A stretch of DNA of 64,000 nucleotides from the NCBI RefSeq assembly GCF_964355755.1, contig NC_092676.1, positions 28,104,871 to 28,168,870 on the forward strand. The letters run 5' to 3'. Under the pieces are notes generated by a model. It had not been told where the DNA came from and did no database searches. It saw only the letters and a list, made by a program, of their open reading frames with translations. Positions 42,264 through 53,778 of the stretch are shown piece after piece. The position numbers were made by a program, and so were the translations under genes. Position 1 is the first letter of the stretch, and each line of letters begins with the position of its first letter. The stretch comes from Antedon mediterranea. Its lineage: Eukaryota; Animalia; Echinodermata.

Positions 42264-44179
42264 ATGCCGGCTGGGAGAAGGTGGAACCAAACCCTATTGG
42301 GCCTGCTTGTTGTCATGTTTCTGCTAAACACGTGGCTTATGAGAACAGTTAATTGGATGGGTGAGTGAGCAGTATGATGACGCAACACAACATAGTTAAC
42401 CAATCACATGCGACAGATTAATTGTCGCTTGTGATTGGTCAAAAGTGTGTTACCTCTTTAAAGATGACTTTGGCGACGACGGCGACTCACGATGAGTTTA
42501 TGTTAATTGCAGTTGTTATGACGTAACGAACTGAATTGGTTGGCCTAAATATAAAATATATTTTTCAGGTAATCTACCGTGCATGACCAATTCTTTGAAA
42601 ATCCCAAGACAAGATTCTAATACGGGTAAAAAGGTAAATTTCATTATTAATTTTGAAGTCTTTTAAAATTAATTTTGTTTGTAGGCCTCGCGCTCGTTGA
42701 GTATATCCTCTCTTCTTTTGTTGGTATTTTGACACAAGGTTGTGTTTTGAATCATTCAACAGCATTTTAAAGAAATCAATGTTATTATTTTTTAAACAGG
42801 GTAACTGGCAGCCAGACCTTTTCGGAATTCGAATTGAGCATCGGAAAGATGGTATGTTCCATGTTTTAAGTGAATACGTTTTATTTAAGTTGTCAGGTTT
42901 TACACCTTTCAAATAAATGAAACATTCTGAAGCTGCTCAAAGTGGTTTCTGTCTCATAAATCAAAAGCTGCTTAAGCGTAAAAAAATACGTTTATATAAA
43001 ATAGATCAAATTTATCTTATTTTAGGTTTTCTGACAATAGGCATCCCAACGGTCCATCGTGATAAAGGTTTCTACATTATCGACACACTTCAATCAATTG
43101 TTGATAACACGTCTGAAGGTGATAAGAAGATGTTAACAATCATTGTATTTACCGCCGATTCCAATACAACCTACAACCAAAAAGTCTTTCAAGAAATCAA
43201 CACAAAGTTTGCAAGTTACGTCACTTCCGACGTAATACGCGTCATCAATACTCCGCGTAGTTACTATCCGGATCTCTCGAATTTAAAACGGAATTTCGGC
43301 GATAGTGAACAACGTGTTGTCTGGAGAACAAAACAAGTTCTAGATTATTCATATCTCTTTCAGTACTGCAGTGATTTATCAAAGTATTATTTACAGCTTG
43401 AAGATGACGTCAAAGCTAGTCCAAAATTCGTGCAATCGATTCAAGAATATATATATTTAAATAAGAATGAGAACTGGAGCATTTTAGAGTTTTCTGAGCT
43501 AGGGTTTATCGGAAAGTTATTCCGCTCCACAGATTTGAATCGGTTTCGAGAATTTGTCTTAATTTTCTATGCTGATCAACCGATAGATTATTTGTTAAAG
43601 TATTTTCAGATACTGAACGGACAGACGAAATCGCTACTACGTGTACCTTCTCTGTTCCAACATATTGGAAGTTATTCGTCATTGCAAGAAAAACAACAAC
43701 CGCTTAAAGATCGATTTTATGAGGAGAACGTTCGCGCGCATCATTCAGCAGACAATCCGCCAGCTGATATTTACAGTAGCATATCAACTTTTAGTATGTA
43801 CGCGCCAAAATTAGCATATACAGACGATCCGGGGTACTTCTGGGGACGTGTGCCAAAAGTTGGTGACGTAATTCTAGTTATTTTCCATGAAGCCGTTCGA
43901 TTGAAGCGGGTGCTTTTCCAAACTGGTTCATCTGATCATCCTCAAGATGTTCTAAACAGCGCCATCTTAACAGTTGGGAGACAAGTATTAAAGATGGGTA
44001 CTTCTCCTCCATTGTGCCAAGACGAGGTTGAGTTGGATGTGTTTAAAGATGGTAAGGTAGATGTGAAGAACATGGATGATAAAATAAAGTATGACGTGGC
44101 ATGCTTGAAGGTAGTGGTTACTGGAAGTCAGTCTCAATGGGTGGTGCTCCGCGAAATAGATGTTTGGGTGCTTAAGTAA
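42264..44179 (+). CDS. Alpha-1,3-mannosyl-glycoprotein 4-beta-N-acetylglucosaminyltransferase (MGAT4/GT54 family, MGAT4C-like)
   Basis: Exons 42264-42360 (MPAGRRWNQTLLGLLVVMFLLNTWLM type II anchor), 42569-42633, 42800-42851, 43026-44179. Motifs GFLTIGIPTVHR, FGDSEQRVVWRTKQVLDY, YYLQLEDDV, LEFSELGFIGKLF, PSLFQHIGSYSSL, DNPPA, plus a C-terminal lectin-like region. The N-terminus of the 42917 ORF is intronic. Confidence 0.92.
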
Positions 44180-44503
44180 TCTCTAATTTTAGGCCTACTA
44201 TTTTACCGTCCATAGTGAGTGTTTATATTGCCATTGTATTGATGCCAATAATCACTTCAAACTGTCTTCTGCCTTATTGTTTATCCACGAAGGGCTTTTA
44301 AAAATCTGTTACTAAAATACGATGGATGGTGCTTGTAACTTTCCACCTCGGACATTTTCTTAACCGTGTGTGCTCATCATGCCAAATATTTTCTTCCACT
44401 GGACCAAAAAAAGAAATGTTTGTCTCTTCGTTCGCTCGAGTAGACTCGAACCCCAGCTTCCCACGAATCAGCTGCGTTGCACAAATTCTTAATCTCCATT
44501 CCT

Positions 44504-44878
44504 ATGTGTGGTCCCACTAGGACGCAACGCAGTGACGTGTCGACGCAAAGTGCTGTATTGCGTAATCACAAATGGTAACCGAAGACGCAACAGATTTGAT
44601 TTCACGCAGGCGGGGACAAACGCAATTATTAGAAGGCCATTTACTTACGTTGTGTAAATTGCGTCGCTAGTGGGAACCAAGCTTAACCAAGTTTTAGAAA
44701 CATTACGGTATACGGTAATTAGTAAAGCTTGGTTCTCACTTGGACGCAACACAATGGCATACGCAAGTAAGTTGACCAATCAAAGGGACAATTCGGATGA
44801 TCCATCGCGTCGTGATTGGTCGAATTATTTGCGTTTACATCCTTGCATTGGTTCTATAGTGGGACTGGGAACCAAGCT
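44504..44878. mobile_element. Two adjacent family-2 MITEs (TIR AGCTTGGTTCCCACTAG; Harbinger-like)
   Basis: Copies at 44504-44683 and 44726-44878 (TAA TSD). Confidence 0.75.
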
Positions 44879-45335
44879 TAACCAAGGCCCGTCATGTAAG
44901 TGATGGGTCTGACGCTCTCTGGATATATACGTTAATAAAATAAATTGAGAAATTTATTTATCTAAAACCTATCAATCTTATTCGAATAATACGAAAATAA
45001 TAGGAAAAGAAAGAAACATTAGTTATAAATAATGTTCCTCATTCCGAACCAAATTTAATTATAGCATTCTCATTTTATATTTTAATATTTTTAGATTAAT
45101 ATAGAATATAATCGATTATTATTACGGTATTCTATCTGTCTTTGTTAAACATTGTTAGCTTTTATATAAAAATCAATAGCGTTAATAGGAATTCATAAAA
45201 TTAGTTTGAACATAATTTATTATTATTATACGTTGATAAATGTTTCATTAGAACGAACTGCCTGCCTGAGGTTTAAAAATTAATGTTGGATCAGAACGAA
45301 AAATTCACGTTGAAGCTGCTCTTGTTTACCTATAC

Positions 45336-45516
45336 AGCGTGGTTCCCACTAGCGACGCAACACAAGGACGTAACGCAACGCAAGTGAATTGACCAATCAC
45401 AAGCGATTGCTTATTCGCTTGTGATTGCTAACTGTCTATAACTTCGCTTGTCATTGGTTAAAACGCTTGCGTTGCGTTTACGTCCTCGCGTTACGTTCTA
45501 GAGTGGGAACCAAGCT
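45336..45516. mobile_element. Family-2 MITE
   Basis: Near reverse complement of the copy at 57451-57629. Confidence 0.8.
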
Positions 45517-45671
45517 TACACAATATATTCTCAAACATATCATTTTCTGTGTGTAATATAAGATGATTGTTGTGATAACTATGCGCTTTATTTGTTTTAA
45601 TCTCACCTAAATTGTTCTTCTAATGAAAAAATTGTGTTGTACTGTATTTTTTGTCTCTATTATATTACTTA

Positions 45672-45992
45672 AGCGTGGTTCCCACTAGGACGCAACGCAG
45701 CGACGTATCGACGCAAAGTATTGTATTGCGTAATCACGAGTGGGAACCGACGACGCAACGTAGGCTACGCAACGTAAAAAATTCCCTTCCAATAATTGTG
45801 TTTGGCCCCGCCTTAGTGATGTCAAACCTGCGATGTTTGCGGCAATGTTGCGTCGTTGGTTCCCACTTTTGATTACTATACGGATAAAGGTTTGATTTCA
45901 CGCAGGCGGGGACAAACGCAATGATTGAAAGGGAATTTTCTTACGTTGCGTAGGTTGCGTTACGTTGCGTCGTCGCTAGTGGGAACCAAGCT
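45672..45992. mobile_element. Family-2 MITE, long subtype
   Basis: TIRs with TTA TSD; provides the empty site (ccttagtg) for the insertion at 52072. Confidence 0.8.
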
Positions 45993-46063
45993 TTAGTGGT
46001 GCATGCGGTATAGAAAGTATGTTTCGCTTAAAAAAAAATGATTGTCTAGAACAAGAAACAAAA

Positions 46064-49000
46064 TCATTTTCGGTAGAAATGAAAATGATAACATTGAGAT
46101 TGCGAATGTATATGGAGATGAGATACTTCGGCAAACATTTCGCATGTCCATGTCGGCGTTCCATACTTTGATGATGGATTCGGATAGACATTAAGCTCAA
46201 TACAATCTTTGGTGGCCTTACACATCTTGACGCAACGAATTTTAGACCTAACGCTTTGTGACTGTATGTAAGAACCTTGAAAACAAACGCCGACATCTGT
46301 GTTACGAACGGCGGTACCACCACCTGTGTAATAAGACAATGCTTGAAATATTTAATTGATGTCTAAATTGCACCCCGTATCATAGTATAATTAGTTGGAA
46401 ACTGAATTAGTCTACTTGGCTTTACCCTCAGCTTTAACAACTTTGTTATCAATATTGCCAATTAAGATAAATAAATTGATAAATTATTGATTTATAATCA
46501 AATACTGATCGATCACAAAGCAAGCAATACTCTTATAAAAAGCCTATTATGCCAAAATAATACATTGATCGATAGCAGGCAACATACCAATAAGATTAGC
46601 CTCCTCTGCAGGGCAATCACTACTGTGAAGCTCTGATGTCATATGTGGAGTTGAGATGATAGAAGTTGTTAGTTTTGTTGTCGTGACGTCACCTGTGCTG
46701 GCTTAATCAAATTAAATTTATTTAGTACTATTTATTATATTTTTTTTTATTGATCATTGATTTCATTCAATAAATTTAAAGAAGTAATGGACCTACCAAC
46801 TAATGCAGTTGTTTCCAAAACCTCAGTACTGTGAAGTGATGTTATATCTTTAGTTGTGACGACAGAATACGTCGTTGTTTCTCTAGTTGTGACGTCTTGG
46901 GTTGTGGCTGTAAAATGCAAAATAATAATTATAACGTTGATATAAAGTTTGCGGTACACCACGTATATTAGTTCTGAAAAGAACTACTGAGCTTTAGAAC
47001 TAATATACGTAGTGTACCGCAAACTTTATATCAACATTTGATTTCGTCATGCAAACCTTCAAACAATAAATAATTATAACATTATACTTAATAAGTTTAA
47101 TTGTGTCAACAAATAAGTTAAAGAGAGATAAGTTACACAAGAGGCGCTTAATTTCAAAATCGTGTTTGATCATTACTATGAAATTCTGAATTTGAATCTC
47201 ATTTGGATATCCTTAAAATGCAGTCAATCGATTAATAATCAAACATCAATACTGACGATATGTTAAACGGTGGTGGTGGTGAAAACAAAATGAGCATACC
47301 AATTTTAGTAGTCTGTTTGCGAGTTGTCGATATATCTTGAGTAGTTGGTACTTTGCGAGTTGCCGGATCTATTGCTGTACCGCTACCTATACAATAAAAA
47401 GGCACGAATTGTCCGAGTTACCGTACCGTACTTCACTAATATCGGACACCAATCCGATCATTAATCCTTACCAGTACACTCATCTTCAATATTCTTTACG
47501 AATAATTATCATTTCATCTTTACTTCAGAAATTTTACATCCGTATAATACAGTCAATTATAAAATTATCAATAAATAATAATTCGTTATTAGCGATATTT
47601 GATCGTTTTTGTTAATAATGAATAAATAATATTACTACAGTAATTAAAAAAGCCAGCCTAGGCATACGTACCTTTTTGGCAAACAAAAGAATTCAATTCC
47701 GAGCAGTCAGTTGTATACATCTTTTTGTTTACTTTTAGCTTCGCACAATCTTGAATACAAACAGTCTATTATTCAACGCATATTATTTACAAAATGTCTA
47801 CATTCATAATGTGTTCTTGGCTGAATCTCCAGATTAATTTGCCACGTTTTGTTGCGCGTCTAGCCTGTGATCTAGACGGCGATTCGGCTTAATATTCGTT
47901 AAAAGAAGAAAGAACATTTTGGCACACGTGGCGTGTTGTAACTATACTTTCATTAGGCTAAAGAAATAACAAGAAATGGTTACTTTTGTTCTTATTCTTA
48001 TAGATTTCCTTATCTTTAAATTGTATAATATTTGACTACGAGACGAATAGCCCTAATATATAAAGTTTCCAATAAGCACATCTCTTTAAGGGCGTGTGGC
48101 GCAGCGTGTTGGACGTTGGACTACCGATCGTCAGACCTAGGTTCGAATCCAACTCTCGTCGCATTGCTTGTATCCGTAGGCAAGATACTTTACTTACGTT
48201 GCCTCTCTCCACCCAGGTGTATAAATGGGTACCCAGTTAGATCTAGACACAACTTTGCGCTGGTTACCGGCTGCATTATGGGAGTATGTTTCCATACGTG
48301 TTTGATCCCAAAAAAATACTGGGGTAATAAATTGCTTGTAAAGCGCCTTTGAGCATGAATTACTCATGAAAAGGGCGCTATATAAATGTGGTATTATTAT
48401 TATTATTATCTCTTTCAAAACACATGCAGTCGGAGTCGGGCATCCGACACAATAAAACTTGACAATCACTTTTCTACAATTAATTCCAATTCATTTCAAT
48501 TTTAAAAGTAAAAGCGGCGGCGCACTGCGGACTATCGTCATCATCTTACCTCCGTCATCTGATTTGTGTTCCACTGGCTCTCCATCGGGTTGTACAACCC
48601 ATGTCAACATGGAATTCTAAACGTAAATATTGGTACATAGAACAGTTATGACAAATAAAATCGTTACTACCACATTTAGACATTTGTAATTTTGTACTTC
48701 GCAACGAATACTGTTGTATAGTATATTGTGGAAAATATAGAAGTTGTTAAATATTAGGATGTTTTCGATGGCGAAAGAAGAGTGTCAAATTATTGGTTCT
48801 CCTAAAAGTAGGAAATAAAATATGTACTGGGCATGCGCATCCATTAACTCTATTATAAGCCTACATGCAATGTTAGTATGTATTAAGTGAAGCGATGGGC
48901 AGCTATGCAGATGACCATGACAATATTACATCTTTTTTGTGTATGTAGGGCATTCAAAATAATCCTCAACAAAGAAGAAGAAATAGAACAAGACATTAAA

Positions 49001-51703
49001 CTAACCAGTCTGTAGTATCCAATCCAATCATATTGGTTTTTGTGTAGTTTTGTTACTGCATGGGCTTGATCGGTGCTCACGCCTGCTAAGTTTGCACCGT
49101 CGGACTCACAATGTGTCTGCGAATCTTGCCATGCTAGAACCAAAATGTATCATCAATAGCCGGGACTCTAACATAGAAACTTCCATTCATTATCATACTC
49201 TATTCTAGTATGTTCAATTCTATTTACCTTTAATGCGATAGGGGCTTTGCTGAGGATACATTTAGGTTTAATTATTTTTAGTATCATAATTTCTTTAGTC
49301 AACGATGCAAACATATTAAATGAAAAGCCTATTATAGTCTGAGAGGCTTTCAAAATTGACGAGGAGACAATATCATAATAACCGTAAACTAATCGAATGA
49401 GACCCTCAGTCGAATCGTGGGTATACAAGTAATTAGGCCTACAGCATGAGTGCATTATAACCAAATTATTAATTTCTAATTATACTCAAATATCTACATT
49501 ATAGTTGGGTTGAACCAACACTACAAACAATGTCTGTCGTCAATTAATTGCACAGTCTGTAAAAATATGCGTCGCAATTTGGAATAAAGATTGGTTCCCG
49601 GACTTGGACGCAACGTAAGGACAAGGAAGTAATTTGATCAATCCGACGCGGTACACGTCATCCGAACTGCTTTGAGATTGGTAAACCCAATACGCCTACG
49701 TCATTGCGTCCACTTAAAGCCTGTTTTCCTGTCGACGTTATTCGACGATATCGTCGTTGATCGTTAAAAGTTCAACGACGATCGCTTGAAAACGGTCAAG
49801 TTGAAATGATAACGATAGCGAGTACATTTTCCTGTAAATCGTTAAAGTGGAGCTACACTCAGACTTTCTCAGCTTATATTATGTTTAAGTATGTTTAATT
49901 GAAAGTGATTACATAAAAAAAACCAGGAAAAATACGGAAATATTTTCCAAAAACTCATTTCTAAAAAAATCGGTCAGAAAATAGTGTTTTAACAAATTAC
50001 AGTTTTTCAGTAACTTAGGGGTTATTAGTTTACAATACGTCGCGAAACGCGTTACACTTAGCGACTGACGCGTTTTAGTCGCCGGTTCAATGCATTGATG
50101 AAATGTCTCCCCTTTGGTAAATTATGTGTCGAAAAATGGGGAATAAATTTTATACACACAATTAATACGATTTGTTTAGGCCTAAGTAATATTTCCGATA
50201 AGAATGTCAGTATAATTTACATGTAACCTCATGATTTTCACTGTACAACAACAGCATAATAATCTTATCAGATTGCTTTTAACTTTAAGCTAGGGCTAGG
50301 CCTAGCTAAGCCGTCTGCTCAGCCAAGCTAGCCTTGAATTTTTGTCTAGAGGCCTATGTATTCATAGGCATGGTCGTTTCGCCCCATTTATCGTTCCTGG
50401 GTTTTCTCGCACATTAAGAATTGTGAAACACACAATCCTATACAGAACAAGAGTAGTAAAGAGTAGTAAAGCGATGTGCAAGCTTAGACCTGACTGAAAA
50501 GCAACTATTCAGGCACCCTATCATGGCCCATGGGTAGGCCAAGGTCGGGTGCCAGCAAAACAAACTTCACTGCTGTCAGCCTAGCTAGAGGCCAAGCAGC
50601 AACGGTACATACCTACACTCTAGTAGGCCTAGGCCTAGCTTTATTGAATATATAGCCACGTCTTTCTCAAATCTCGTTAAATTTGACATTTTAGTAATAG
50701 TCTCATAATCACATTATTACACTGTGAAACATAATAGGGTCATATTCAGAATGTTTTAATATACTTTTCGCCCGTCAAAAATAACATCGCGACAAAATAA
50801 CAGATCGCCAGCACTGCAGTAGTGTGATTGTGAAAAATGTCACGTGATCGTACTCCCTAGCAAAATAAAAAACCCAATTGGACCCGAACGGGGGAAAGTG
50901 TCTATTTACGCAAAATTGCGCAATGTATACGTGATAAAAATACCAGAAATAGAAAGATCTGGAAAAATTACATAAATATACATTTTACATTTTTTTTTTT
51001 GGTGAAGAAATGAATTTTTTAGGATTATTCAAATATACCCCCCTTTTGCATGTAAAAGAATAGGAAATTACAAGGTATCCCCCCAAAACGCAAAAAGGCG
51101 TGATTTTCAAGAAAATCGTACTCATTGAAAAAAATTTCAAAAAAATATGAAGTATAAGGGATGATATTTTTAAATAATAGTTGAAATGTATGAGAAATAG
51201 TAATTTTCTGGGTGGAGCTCCACTTTAACATTTGAATGCTTACGTAGAAGATTGCCGATTATTGTTAACGATAGCATTGAATAACGTCGACAGGAAAACA
51301 GGCTTAAGAACCAAGCTTTGGCATCACACGCAATCGTATAAACGTCGCACCAATGATACCCTCCATATTGTCGCACTTTTATACACAGTTATAATAATCT
51401 TTATTGTCTTTCTTTCTTGTTTGTTCTTTTTCACATACATAAAATCAAAACTAAAGACAAAAGGCCAAAAAAAAAAGCTTTCGCTTATCGAGTTTTGGCC
51501 TTTTAAAATAAATAAAACTTAAACTAGAACGTATATCATTTCTGAGAAAAAAATATCTGAAGAAAATTTATTACATAAATGAAAATTAATAACTCACTGG
51601 CAAATCTGAATATGACATAAGTAATAGAAGAGTATTATACACATTTTTTGTTTGTTTTTTAAATAGAAAAAACTAGAAATGATAGAGTAATGATATTTCA
51701 TGT

Positions 51704-51753
<50 letters not shown>

Positions 51754-52550
51754 AGTTACGGTACTTACTATTCAGAATGTCATAGGCTTTAAAACAAACT
51801 TCGCCAATCAACGTCCAGTCCGGTTCACAACTTGTAGAAATAACATGCAATATTGGTAGATCAATACCTAAAATGGACACATTAACACACGTCATATTTG
51901 TCATTTCAATACTGCAGTTCACCAACTAGGCCTATATAGTAAAGCGTGGTTCCCATTAGAACGCAACGCAGCGACGTATCGTGCTTTATTGCGTATAGTA
52001 GGCCTAATCACAAGTGGGAACCGACGACGCAACATTGCTGCAAACATCGCTAGCAGGTTTGACATCACTCAAGCTTGGTTCCCACTAGAACGTAACGCAA
52101 GAACGTAAACGCAACGCAAGCGTTTTAACCAATGACAAGCGAAGTTATAGACAGTTTCTATAACTTCGCTTGTCATTGGTTAAAACGCTTGCGTTGCGTT
52201 TACGTCCTTGCGTTACGTTCTAGTGGGAACCAAGCTTAAGGCGGGGCCAAACACAATTATTGGAAGGGCATTTTTTACGTTGCGTAGCCTACGTTGCGTC
52301 GTCGGTTCCCACTTGTGATTACGCAATATAGCACTTTGCGTCAATACGTCGCTGTGTGGCGTACTAGTGGGAAACAAGCGAATATTTTGGTAGGGAGACG
52401 CAAAGGCGTGTTTTAGTTTGACGCCCTTTGACGCAAAATAATTGTAACCAACTTTTTTATAATAATGTAAATTTGATTTGATAGTTAAGGAATTAATTAT
52501 TTAAAAATCAACTTACCTAAAATGATTACTACTACTGACCAGAATTGCAT
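46064..52550 (-). CDS. Secreted C-type-lectin-domain / Thr-rich / PAN-apple protein, paralog A
   Basis: Exons (-): 52550-52517 (MQFWSVVVIIL), 51867-51769 (SCEPDWTLIGEVCFK), 49133-49006 (WQDSQTHCESDGANLA...DWIGY), 48616-48550, 47749-47672 (DCAKL...DCSELNSFVCQK), 47386-47300, 46907-46797, 46701-46588 (Thr-rich), 46323-46064 (CFQG...RCVKMCKATKDCIELNVY...WTCEMF...QCYHF*). All phases are consistent. Confidence 0.82.
46933..47038. mobile_element. Palindromic MITE (family 3)
   Basis: aacgttgatataaagtttgcggtacaccacgtatattagttct...agaactaatatacgtagtgtaccgcaaactttatatcaacatt; a second copy is split by the LINE at 59057-60200. Confidence 0.7.
48090..48409 (+). mobile_element. tRNA-derived SINE with a conserved-core-like central segment and L2-type tail
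   Basis: A box tggcgcagcgtg, B box ggttcgaatcc, core ctctccacccaggtgtataaatgggtacc, tail gtaaagcgc...gcgctatataaat...(tat)n, flanking atctcttt repeat. Confidence 0.8.
49718..51304. mobile_element. Harbinger-like element (26-bp TIR AGCCTGTTTTCCTGTCGACGTTATTC, TAA TSD) inserted in a family-2 MITE
   Basis: Perfect TIRs; TAA at 49715-49717 and 51305-51307; host MITE ends at about 49591 and 51317. Confidence 0.85.
49846..51224. mobile_element. Kolobok-like non-autonomous DNA transposon (TTAA TSD, AG..CT termini)
   Basis: ttaa|agtggagctacactcaga ... tctgggtggagctccact|ttaa; no transposase ORF. Confidence 0.7.
51704..51752. repeat. (TAG)n microsatellite
   Basis: Seen directly; explains the poly-Leu tail of ORF 51698-51925. 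Confidence 0.95.
51943..52380. mobile_element. Family-2 MITE containing a nested, near-perfectly palindromic family-2 derivative (52072-52236)
   Basis: Outer TIRs; inner element flanked by TCA/TAA, with arms of about 80 bp. Confidence 0.85.
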
Positions 52551-53778
52551 ATTTCCATGCGATTGTTAACGTTTACGACTAACAGTCAGATAGCACTCAC
52601 GTTCTGTCAATTAACAACAAAAAAACACACCAATTAAAAAAAACGACGATGACGACGCACTTTTTTACGGACGACCACTAATAGTTATCTAAAAGTTATA
52701 TAACATCAATTACATTAAATCAATAAAACAACGTATGTGTAATCATAACGATGATGAACATTATTGACTCAACGCTAGTGCTGAATGGTCTCTCCTGGTG
52801 ACGTGATGAATATGCTAAAATATATACCCAGCCAATCAGATCAACTCAACCATTAAGGCGATCGCGACATGTGAGAAGCAAAAAATAAATAAAACAATAC
52901 CGTGTCGCTATGAGAAGTAATAAATTATGAACTATGTGTTGAACGTACTCGACGAAGCATAATCTAAAGAAAAGAAATAAAAATGTACCAATTTACCAGA
53001 CAAATTCGTAGTACGTTACGTACCTGAATGCAGGTCTCATATTTCAATGACAAGGCAAACATGGTAAATCTCCCCGCGGGGGTGACAGGGGGGGGGGGGA
53101 GCTTCCCCGACTGACCGTGCTTGCAATCAAAATACTCAACGCAAAAAGCATTAAATGTCACTCCTAAAAGTTTGACCTATTCAGTAATGAAATATTGTTC
53201 TTTTAATGTAGGCCTAAACCTGCAATGTGATTATTCGGTCTGTTGTCGAGTATCTTAAGATATATAGGAGAAATATATAAGAGTGTCACACGCCTGATTA
53301 AGTTTTAGGACACACTTTATTTAGGTACTTTGGTATTAACAATATCAGGGAAGAGTAAAATTAGTCTTTTCTCTTCCCTGTCTTCCCTGAAAATATTAGG
53401 CCTATGGCTAAAGGACAAATGACACACGTTAATATCCGCAACTTCTATTAATTTTTCCTTTAATTTCCTTTTAAAAATCTTATTACAACCCTGAATATCT
53501 TTGAAACATTATTAAGATTGAGTTTCTGGACAATTTCCGTTGTGGCTACAGTAAATTGCCTTAATGACTATCTATTGAATTAGTTAAAAGAGTTGGTGTT
53601 TCAAATTCAACTTACAACTAAATTATCCCTAGTTTATCGTATTGCAATTAAAGACGTTAGAAATGTAAGAAAAAAGTTCATATGTATATAAATGATATAG
53701 ATTTAATAATTTGTATAGTTTCAAGACCAACATCATCAGCTAACCATGCTCTTTGCTTTCCCAAAACCTCAATTTAAC

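Noticed and set aside
42917-43025. N-terminal 36 aa of the 420-aa MGAT4 ORF
   Set aside because: Intronic read-through; the acceptor is at 43025 and the membrane anchor comes from the exon at 42264.
48090-48165. Possible tRNA gene (also near 23140 and 31000)
   Set aside because: A/B boxes are present but I could not form a convincing cloverleaf, and each continues into a SINE body and tail.
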